Source of the DNA: Nocardia miyunensis NBRC 108239
Lineage (GTDB): Bacteria > Actinomycetota > Actinomycetes > Mycobacteriales > Mycobacteriaceae
DNA: 24,000 nt
Direction of reading: 5' to 3'
NCBI RefSeq assembly: GCF_001613065.1
Contig: NZ_BDBQ01000051.1
Coordinates: 104,429 to 128,428 of the forward strand
The notes beneath the pieces are model-generated. The model saw only the letters and a program-made list of their open reading frames with translations, made no database searches and had not been told where the DNA came from. Numbering within the stretch: position 1 is the stretch's first letter; each line of letters opens with the position of its first letter. Positions 1 through 6,153 of the stretch are shown here, piece by piece. Both the position numbers and the translations under genes were made by a program.

Positions 1-36
1 CCGGACCTTCTTGGACGGTGCTCGCTTGACTGCCAT
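1..36 (-). CDS. rpsR: Ribosomal protein S18 paralogue, 5' end only (runs off the left edge)
   Basis: The reverse strand reads GAAAGGACACTGAT-ATG GCA GTC AAG CGA GCA CCG TCC AAG AAG GTC CGG = MAVKRAPSKKVR. This is a basic N-terminus with a purine-rich SD-like element upstream. Its position matches rpsR2 in the known actinobacterial rpmB2-rpmG2-rpsN2-rpsR2 operon. Only 12 codons are visible, and it is not in the ORF track. Confidence 0.4.
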   Translation of the reverse strand, partial: MAVKRAPSKKVR

Positions 37-147
37 ATCAGTGTCCTTTCTCGGCATGAGCTCTGGGCCCTGCGTGGTTACGCAAGCTCCCTCCTCGGGC
101 CCTGACCGCACCTGCCGGGCTTCCCTCTCACGAGATCTGGGGGTGGT

Positions 148-510
148 CTACCAACTCGATTTGTGCACACCGGGCAGCTCCCCGCGGTGGGCCAGCTCGC
201 GCACACGCACTCGGGAAAGGCCGAACTTCCGCAGATATCCACGTGGGCGGCCATCCGAAGCATCCCGATTGCGCAATCGTACCGGACTTGCATCGCGAGG
301 TAGCCGCTGCATTGCCGCGTAAAGCTCTACAGCTGTGCCTTTGGCCTCCGCATCGCCGCGGCGGATTCGCTGCCCCCGAGTCTCGCCGCGAACCGGCGAT
401 CCGGCGGCGGCGCGCCGGGCGGCCTCCTTCAGCTCGGCGCGCCGCTCGGCATTGCGGGCGACGACGGCCGCGCGCTGGGCGTTGCGGGCGATCTTGGACT
501 TCTTGGCCAT
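148..510 (-). CDS. rpsN: Ribosomal protein S14, long Cys-less (C-) form
   Basis: Starts [10 protein letters not shown] and ends ...[44 protein letters not shown], a typical S14 signature. It has no CxxC zinc motif. Its ATG overlaps the rpmG stop (TAATG at 508-512). Confidence 0.9.
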   Translation of the reverse strand: MAKKSKIARNAQRAAVVARNAERRAELKEAARRAAAGSPVRGETRGQRIRRGDAEAKGTAVELYAAMQRLPRDASPVRLRNRDASDGRPRGYLRKFGLSRVRVRELAHRGELPGVHKSSW

Positions 511-674
511 TACCTGTCCTCCCGGAAGTCGACGTGCTCGCGCAGGACCGGATCGTATTTGCGCAGCACCATCCGGTCCGGATCGTTACGGCGGTTCTTT
601 CGGGTGATGTAGGTGTAGCCCGTGCCCGCGGTGGAGCGCAGTTTGATCTTGGGGCGAATCTCGTTGCGGGCCAT
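510..674 (-). CDS. rpmG: Ribosomal protein L33, Cys-less (C-) form
   Basis: 54 aa: [54 protein letters not shown], a classic L33 with no Cys. The ATG at 674-672 overlaps the rpmB stop. The long 510..1385 track ORF is an upstream extension that I reject. Confidence 0.9.
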   Translation of the reverse strand: MARNEIRPKIKLRSTAGTGYTYITRKNRRNDPDRMVLRKYDPVLREHVDFREDR

Positions 675-910
675 CAGATCCGCACACCCTCGCGCCGGAG
701 CCGCGCGACGGTCGCCTCGATGCCGTCGCGATCGATGGTCTTGATGCCCTTCGCCGAGACGGTCAGCGTGATGCGGCGGTCCTCGCTGGGCAGGTAGTAG
801 GTCTTGCGCTGGATGTTGGGGTTCCAGCGGCGGTTGGTGCGCATGTGTGAATGCGAGACGGTCTTGCCGAATCCGGGCCGGCGCCCGGTGACCTGGCAGT
901 GTGCCGACAC
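674..910 (-). CDS. rpmB: Ribosomal protein L28 paralogue
   Basis: [66 protein letters not shown] matches the L28 family. I place the start at GTG 910, preceded by AGGAGG (reverse complement of 915-920), rather than at the track ATG 946. Confidence 0.9.
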   Translation of the reverse strand: MSAHCQVTGRRPGFGKTVSHSHMRTNRRWNPNIQRKTYYLPSEDRRITLTVSAKGIKTIDRDGIEATVARLRREGVRI

Positions 911-927
911 GGTGATCCTCCTGAAGA

Positions 928-942
928 TGACAATCATTTTCG
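928..942. promoter_or_regulatory. Zur-box-like palindrome (proximal to rpmB)
   Basis: TGACAATCATTTTCG fits the 7-1-7 actinobacterial Zur box TGAAAAT-N-ATTTTCA with 2 deviations. It lies 18 nt upstream of the rpmB GTG, in the divergent spacer. Confidence 0.7.
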
Positions 943-982
943 ACATTGGACATCGAACACTGTAGCGTGGGCGGCCAGTAAA

Positions 983-997
983 TGAAAATCATTGTCG
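983..997. promoter_or_regulatory. Zur-box-like palindrome (proximal to the COG0523-like gene)
   Basis: TGAAAATCATTGTCG is a second 7-1-7 match, 55 nt from the first box. It overlaps the TTG at 992 and lies just upstream of the GTG at 1010. Confidence 0.7.
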
Positions 998-1009
998 AAA
1001 GGGGTTCCG

Positions 1010-2362
1010 GTGGCCTCACCTCCCGAGCGCCGCACACCCGTGGTGCTACTGGCCGACGCGTCCAACGAAACCGAACCGGGCGCACCCGTGGGCGCGGGTC
1101 TGGCCCGCATCGCCCGCGCGATGCTGGACACACCGGGCACGGTGGTGATCCGCCACGATCTGACCGCCCTGCACGAGGGCATCGTGCATAGGACGGTGTG
1201 GTACGGCACCCCGATCGGCCGGGACGTCGCGAATCCCGCCGTCGATCACCACGCGGTGACGACCGTGCACGAACTCGCGCACGGCTGCGTCTCGTGCACG
1301 CTGCGCGCCGATCTGCTGCCGCTGCTGTGTCTGCTGGCCACGCGAGATTCGGTGCGGCGCATCGTGATCGCGCTGGATCCCGCATTCGAGGCCGAGGCGG
1401 TCTGTCATGCCATCGAGCATGTTCCGGTGGCCGGTGTGGCCGGCCGCGTCGACGGGCCCGCCGGTCGCAGCGTGCGGATCGAGGCCGTGGTCACCGGTCT
1501 GGACGCGCGGACCTGGCTGGCCGACGCTGTCGGTGCGGAGACCCTCGCCGAACGCGGCCGCCGGGCCGATGACGAGCGCACCGTGGCGCAGGTCGCGGTG
1601 GGACAGGTCGAATTCGCCGATGCCGTCCTGGTTTTCGGCGGGCAGGCGGTGACCGGTGCGGAACGCGCGCGCCTGACCGCGATCCTGGATCGGCTGATTC
1701 CGCGCGCCCCGGTCGATTGGGCGCACGGTTCGACGATCGAGGATCAGGTGCGGATCGAGCGCCTGCTCGACCGCGTCGCGGCCGATTCGCGTCGCGGCCG
1801 GATCTTCGACGCGCACGCGCCGCTGTTGCGCCGCCGACCCCCGCTGCACACCGAATTCGGTGTCACCCTGGTCGAATTCGCCGCCGGACGCCCGTTCCAT
1901 CCGGCCCGGCTGCACGACGCGCTGGACGTGTTGTTCGAGGGTGTGGTCACCGCGCGGGGCAGGGTGTGGCTGGCGACCCAGCCCGACGAGGTGGTGTGGC
2001 TCGAGTCCGCGGGCGGCGGGTTGCGGGTCGGGAGCGCGGGGCCGTGGCTGGCCGTGCTGCCGCCCGAGGATGCCGCCGCGGCCGATCCGGATCGCCGCGC
2101 CCTGGCCGCGATGCGCTGGGACGAGCACTTCGGGGATCGTGACGTCTCGCTGACCGTCCTGGTCTGCGACGCCGATCCGGACGAGATCCGGCACGCGCTG
2201 CACTGGGCCCTGGTCGACGATGCCGAACTGCGTCTGGTGCGCACCGCGCCCGAGGTCGTCGCGCAGTGGGACGACCCGTTCGGCGACTGGCATGAAGACC
2301 CCTGTGAGACAAACGAATCCACCGCGACTCAGGGCGCGCAGGACGGGAGGGCAGATCGGTGA
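1010..2362 (+). CDS. COG0523/CobW-like putative metallochaperone with degenerate GTPase motifs
   Basis: [20 protein letters not shown] occupies the position of the COG0523 GCxCC motif. A CobW_C-like segment follows ([48 protein letters not shown]). No GK[ST] Walker A occurs anywhere in the protein. Start is either GTG 1010 (GAAAGGGG upstream) or TTG 992 (track); I prefer 1010 because 992 lies inside the Zur box. The stop overlaps the rpmE start (GTGA at 2359-2362). Confidence 0.8.
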   Translation: MASPPERRTPVVLLADASNETEPGAPVGAGLARIARAMLDTPGTVVIRHDLTALHEGIVHRTVWYGTPIGRDVANPAVDHHAVTTVHELAHGCVSCTLRADLLPLLCLLATRDSVRRIVIALDPAFEAEAVCHAIEHVPVAGVAGRVDGPAGRSVRIEAVVTGLDARTWLADAVGAETLAERGRRADDERTVAQVAVGQVEFADAVLVFGGQAVTGAERARLTAILDRLIPRAPVDWAHGSTIEDQVRIERLLDRVAADSRRGRIFDAHAPLLRRRPPLHTEFGVTLVEFAAGRPFHPARLHDALDVLFEGVVTARGRVWLATQPDEVVWLESAGGGLRVGSAGPWLAVLPPEDAAAADPDRRALAAMRWDEHFGDRDVSLTVLVCDADPDEIRHALHWALVDDAELRLVRTAPEVVAQWDDPFGDWHEDPCETNESTATQGAQDGRADR

Positions 2363-2646
2363 AGGCAGGTATCCACCCGGAATATCATCCGGTGATCTTC
2401 GAGGACGTGAGCACCGGTAAGCGATTCCTCACCCGTTCCACGGCCGTGAGCACGCGCACGGCGCAGTGGTCCGACGGCAACAGTTATCCGTTGATCACCG
2501 TTGAGGTCAGCGCCGACTCCCATCCGTTCTGGACCGGCGCGCATCGCGTCTTGGACACCGCTGGGCGGGTGGAGAAGTTCGAGCGCAAGTACGGTCGGCG
2601 CACGCCCGGTCGCCGGGGCGGCGAGCAGAAGGGCACGGTGAGCTGA
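2359..2646 (+). CDS. rpmE: Ribosomal protein L31 type B (Cys-less)
   Basis: [28 protein letters not shown]...[13 protein letters not shown]...[11 protein letters not shown] is an L31 signature without the CxxC motif. It is translationally coupled to the upstream gene through the GTGA overlap. Confidence 0.9.
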   Translation: MKAGIHPEYHPVIFEDVSTGKRFLTRSTAVSTRTAQWSDGNSYPLITVEVSADSHPFWTGAHRVLDTAGRVEKFERKYGRRTPGRRGGEQKGTVS

Positions 2647-2647
2647 G

Positions 2648-2821
2648 ATGGCGGTTCCGAAGCGGCGGATGTCCAGGTCGAATACCCGTAGCCGACGGGC
2701 GAATTGGAAGGCGAGCCCGCCGGATCTGGTGCCGGTGAGCGTCGGCGGCGCGGTGTATCGCGTGCCGCGGCGGTTGGTGGCCGCGGTGCGACGAGGGCTG
2801 ATCGATCCGGCTCGGCTGTAG
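2648..2821 (+). CDS. rpmF: Ribosomal protein L32 (Cys-less); absent from the ORF track because it is only 57 aa
   Basis: My own translation: ATG 2648 gives [57 protein letters not shown], with TAG at 2819-2821. [17 protein letters not shown] is the L32 hallmark. It starts 1 nt after the rpmE stop. Confidence 0.85.
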   Translation: MAVPKRRMSRSNTRSRRANWKASPPDLVPVSVGGAVYRVPRRLVAAVRRGLIDPARL

Positions 2822-3052
2822 ATCTGTCGCGAGAGTCGGTGCGGCACAGGGTGATGTTCAGGGTGTTTGTCCGCATTCCGCGATTTTTGGGCAAATATCA
2901 AGATTGGGTCGAGCTGCGCATGTAGCCGAATTATTGATTGCGATGAGGTAGCTGATCTCTGAACTACCTACTGCCAGTTGGTTTTTGAGTGTGAAAAAGT
3001 CCACATGAAGTGATGATTTCGTGCTCTGGACCCGGTAGCCTCATTCGGGAGG

Positions 3053-3083
3053 GCGGGTTCTCTCGGGAGACCAGGGAACCCGC
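3053..3083. terminator. GC-rich hairpin between convergent rpmF and the 3155..3547 gene (candidate bidirectional terminator)
   Basis: GCGGGTTC (3053-3060) pairs perfectly with GAACCCGC (3076-3083). The 15-nt interior contains TCTC-GG-GAGA. There is no clear U-tract, which is common in actinobacteria. Confidence 0.4.
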
Positions 3084-3154
3084 TCATCGCCATTTCTGCG
3101 GGAGATTCGCGCGGGGGCACGCTCTCGATCCATGCGGCCGGGCTGCGATCGATG

Positions 3155-3547
3155 TCACGCATGTTCCGAGTTGCCGCGGCCGAGCGCCTCGTGCACCAGC
3201 GATTCCAATCGCGCGACCTGTTCGGCCAGCGCTGTCAGCGGCGCCTCCGCCAGCGACAGCGGCCACGGGAGCCGCGGTTGTGACAGGTTTCGCACCTGTT
3301 CCTCGAGTTCGGCGATCGTAGCCTCCAGATCGCCCACCTCGGTGCGTAGTTCGGAGATCTGCGTCAATGCGGCGGCCACGGCGTCCACCAGCGATCGGTG
3401 CCGACCGTCTTCGTCGGTGCCCAGCTGTGGCCATCCGGCCAGGTCGGGGCCGCGCAGCTGGGTCTGGATATCGCGGAGAACGGCCAGGTGGTCCGGGAGT
3501 GCCTGCGACGCGTCGGTCTCCTCGGCGTCATCCGGGCGGGATTGCAT
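3155..3547 (-). CDS. Hypothetical acidic coiled-coil protein (130 aa)
   Basis: MQSRPDDAEETD...LTQISELRTEVGDLEATIAELEEQVRNL...ALAEQVARLESLVHEALG shows heptad-like Leu/Glu periodicity and high GC3, whereas the opposite-strand ORF is Ser/Cys/Arg junk. I place the start at ATG 3547. TACAGT (reverse complement of 3554-3559) lies 6 nt upstream, which fits a leaderless mRNA with a TANNNT -10. No family was recognised. Confidence 0.55.
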   Translation of the reverse strand: MQSRPDDAEETDASQALPDHLAVLRDIQTQLRGPDLAGWPQLGTDEDGRHRSLVDAVAAALTQISELRTEVGDLEATIAELEEQVRNLSQPRLPWPLSLAEAPLTALAEQVARLESLVHEALGRGNSEHA

Positions 3548-3654
3548 GGGGCCACTGTAATTCGCCGTGTGCGCGCGGCGCTCGGCATCGGATGTGCCGC
3601 TGCCGAATCGGGCGCGTGCGGGCGGTGGTTGTCTGAATTTGCAGTCTCGTAACA

Positions 3655-3709
3655 CGATTGCGGTAATTTTGCCGAGTTATTTACGGGCAAAGTTACCGCC
3701 TCGTAATCG
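3655..3709. repeat. Long imperfect inverted repeat/hairpin in an AT-rich intergenic island
   Basis: GCGGTAATTTTGCC (3660-3673) pairs with GGCAAAGTTACCGC (3686-3699). That is 14 bp with one T/G position (a G-U wobble only in a plus-strand RNA) and a 12-nt loop. The outer arms CGATT (3655-3659) and AATCG (3705-3709) extend the stem across a 5-nt bulge. Confidence 0.5.
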
Positions 3710-3889
3710 GTGCGGGCGAGGCTCTGTCTGGGCCACATTCCACGGGCCCGCGCCCCCGGATTCCGGGTGTGTGCAGGCTGAAATACCAGGGCCGCAGCGG
3801 TTTCGAGGAACCCCGCGCCCGACGAATCCGGGTCGGATCGCCTACTGCCGGGGGCGGTCCGACCCGATTCGTATGTCCGTGCGGTCCGC

Positions 3890-4717
3890 TCAGCCGACCG
3901 GCTCGGACGTGCGGGCGGTCTCGGTTCTGCGGTTCTGTCCCTGGATGCGGCGCTGGCGCGGGCCCTTGGGCACCCGCTTGGTGCGCGATTCGGGCTGCAA
4001 CCGCCCGGTGCGGTCCGGTGCGACCAGAACCGCGGTGATCGGGACCGCGAGCGACATCGTGGCGACGACGAAGATCGGGATGAACATGGTGAACAGATCC
4101 CGCCCGGCGGGCTGCGGCATGGCCGGATCGATGCGCACCGTCAGCCCGGACAGGCCGAGATAGAGGATTCCGATGACCGCGCCCGCGTACACCACGGACG
4201 CCCCGACCAGGGCCGTCGTCACGTGCACCCGCGTCGTCCAGAGCAGTGCGGCGACGAGCACAACCAGCAGAACGGTGCATCCGGCGATGATCGCGGGACT
4301 GATCGTGGTCGTGCCCTGTACCGCCAGGGAGCTCAGGCCAAGGTAATTCATCAGCCCCAGGCACAGTCCCGCGACGAGCGCGCCGATGCCCAACCGGACG
4401 GGCTTGCGATCGTCGCCCGCGATGATCAGTCCGGCCAGCACGCCGACCGGCGCCACCACGAGCGCGGCGACGCGCTGCATCAGGTCGTAGCGGACCACCC
4501 CGGTGGGCAGCCCGACGCCCAGCATCGTCACCGACATCGCGACCTGCGTCCCGATCGTGCCGATGCACACGGCCGCCGCGGTCAGCCACACGAGCCGGAA
4601 TTTGGCGGTCACCGACAGCGTCGACTGCCGGATACAGATCAGGCCGACCAGAGTGCCCGCCCACGCCACACCGAGCGCCAGCACGAGCACCCAGGTCCCC
4701 ATGGTGAAGTACTGCAC
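3890..4717 (-). CDS. Polytopic (about 7-TM) membrane protein with three degenerate MHYT-like repeats and a basic C-terminal tail
   Basis: I read seven hydrophobic segments. Alternate helices carry related motifs: GTIGTQVAMSVTMLGV, GLCLGLMNYLGLSSL and GAVIGILYLGLSGL. The first is followed by VRYD, as in MHYT domains (GxWxMHFxGM...YD), but the His is missing in all three repeats. GTG 4717 is preceded by CAGGGGG at 7-nt spacing. It lies 48 nt downstream of cvnD on the same strand. Confidence 0.75.
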   Translation of the reverse strand: MQYFTMGTWVLVLALGVAWAGTLVGLICIRQSTLSVTAKFRLVWLTAAAVCIGTIGTQVAMSVTMLGVGLPTGVVRYDLMQRVAALVVAPVGVLAGLIIAGDDRKPVRLGIGALVAGLCLGLMNYLGLSSLAVQGTTTISPAIIAGCTVLLVVLVAALLWTTRVHVTTALVGASVVYAGAVIGILYLGLSGLTVRIDPAMPQPAGRDLFTMFIPIFVVATMSLAVPITAVLVAPDRTGRLQPESRTKRVPKGPRQRRIQGQNRRTETARTSEPVG

Positions 4718-4765
4718 GCAAAAACCCCCTGTCCGGGTCGTATCAGATCTCGGTGGTACAGCCGC

Positions 4766-5377
4766 TCATCGGTGCGCTGGATCGCGGGCGGGCGGTTCGG
4801 TCAGACGCGCGATGGCGTATTCGGTTACCGCTGCCAGTGATTGGCGCACCTGGACCGGATCGCGGGCGTCGATGTCGACGATGGGCACGCCCTCGCGGAT
4901 CGACAGCGCCTCGCGCAGTTCGGTCGCCGGGAACCGGGGAGAATCGGGAAAACGGTTGACCGCCACCAGGAATGGCAGCTGCCGCGCCTCGAAGAAGTCG
5001 ACCACGGCGAAACTGTCCTCGATCCGGCGGGTGTCCAGCAGCACCACCGCGCCGATCGCGCCCCGGACCAGGTCGTCCCACATGAACCAGAATCGGCGCT
5101 GGCCCGGGGTGCCGAACAGGTACAGGGTCAGATTGCCCGGCAGGATGATGCGGCCGAAATCCATGGCGACCGTGGTGGTCTCCTTGCCGGGCGTGGCCGA
5201 CAGATCATCCACGCCGTCGGAGTAGCCGGTCACCATGGCTTCGGTGCGCAGCGGCACGATCTCCGAGACCGCGCCGACGAAGGTGGTCTTGCCCGCGCCG
5301 AAACCACCGGCCACCACGATCTTCGTGGAGGCGGTGCGGGTTTCGGCGTCCGAGACGTCAGAGAGCGCGGAGTCCAC
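4766..5377 (-). CDS. cvnD: Conservon GTPase CvnD (MglA/Ras-like ATP/GTP-binding protein)
   Basis: TKIVVAGGFGAGKTTFVGAVSEI (P-loop), LFGTPGQRRF (switch II) and VAVNRFPD (NKxD-like). I place the start at GTG 5377 (VDSALSDVSD...), preceded by GGAGAGG. It overlaps the end of cvnC by 20 nt. Confidence 0.85.
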   Translation of the reverse strand: MDSALSDVSDAETRTASTKIVVAGGFGAGKTTFVGAVSEIVPLRTEAMVTGYSDGVDDLSATPGKETTTVAMDFGRIILPGNLTLYLFGTPGQRRFWFMWDDLVRGAIGAVVLLDTRRIEDSFAVVDFFEARQLPFLVAVNRFPDSPRFPATELREALSIREGVPIVDIDARDPVQVRQSLAAVTEYAIARLTEPPARDPAHR

Positions 5378-5735
5378 GCAGGGTCCTCTCCATGAGCGAG
5401 CGGCGCTCATCGTACGTGGCGTTTTCACTGAGCGTGGTGTGCACCCGCAGCGTACCGGCGACGACCAGATCGCCGATGACGACGCGGACCATACCCAGCG
5501 GCCGTTGCAAGTGGGCGGCGATCTCCGCGACCGACAGCCTGCCACCGCCACCACCGAGGCGCAGGATATCGGTACGGACATCGCCTGCGGGCCAATCGAA
5601 TCGGCTCGCGTACGGCAGGGTCTCCACGACTGCCTCCAACGGTAGGTCGACCGCGGGCTGGGTGCGCCCGGCGGTCAGCGCGTAGGGGCGGACGCGTGTT
5701 GTCGGCCGGGGATCGGCTCCGAAGGAACTCGACAT
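5358..5735 (-). CDS. cvnC: Conservon protein CvnC (DUF742 family)
   Basis: VRPYALTAGRTQP...LSVAEIAAHLQRPLGMVRVVIGDLVVAGTLRVH is a typical DUF742 pattern, and the gene sits between the Roadblock and GTPase genes. Confidence 0.85.
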   Translation of the reverse strand: MSSSFGADPRPTTRVRPYALTAGRTQPAVDLPLEAVVETLPYASRFDWPAGDVRTDILRLGGGGGRLSVAEIAAHLQRPLGMVRVVIGDLVVAGTLRVHTTLSENATYDERRSLMERTLRGLRAL

Positions 5736-5742
5736 GGAACCG

Positions 5743-6153
5743 TCAGACCGACGAACGGGCAGTGGCCTGAACGACCGCTCCGACCCGATCGGACAATAGC
5801 GCCATCTCGTAGCCGATGCGGCCGATATCGTGCTGCTTGTTGGCCAGCACTGCCAGATGCGAGCCGTTGCCGACGCTCATCACCAGCAGATAGCCGCGTT
5901 GCATGTCCACGATCGACTGCATCACCTTGCCGCCCTCGAACAGCTGGGCGGCCCCCGAGGACAGACTGGCCAGTCCGGCGGTCACCGCGGACAGCTGCTC
6001 GGCGCGATCCGCGGGCAGGTGCGGACTGGTGGCCTGCAACAGGCCGTCGGCCGATACCAGCACCGCGTGCGAGACGCCGGGGACCTCGCGCGTGAAGCGC
6101 GTCACCAGCCAGTTGAGATTCTCGTCGGTGGGGGGCTGCTCGGTATCGGTCAT
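5743..6153 (-). CDS. cvnB: Conservon protein CvnB (Roadblock/LC7 domain)
   Basis: [29 protein letters not shown]...[24 protein letters not shown]...[21 protein letters not shown] 6153 overlaps the cvnA stop (ATGA at 6150-6153). The track ORF 5743..6594 is over-extended. Confidence 0.9.
   Translation of the reverse strand: MTDTEQPPTDENLNWLVTRFTREVPGVSHAVLVSADGLLQATSPHLPADRAEQLSAVTAGLASLSSGAAQLFEGGKVMQSIVDMQRGYLLVMSVGNGSHLAVLANKQHDIGRIGYEMALLSDRVGAVVQATARSSV

Noticed and set aside
2704-2925. 73-aa plus-strand ORF overlapping rpmF, and small ORFs 2968..3162 (-) and 3010..3321 (+) in the convergent spacer.
   Set aside because: They are out of frame with the clear L32 reading frame or span the AT-rich spacer and hairpin. 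Their composition is unconvincing, with no SD or start context.
3279-3294. Second CRP-like site TGTGACAGGTTTCGCA (one mismatch in the right half-site).
   Set aside because: It lies inside the coding sequence of the 3155..3547 gene and is imperfect. A single near-match at this stringency is compatible with chance.
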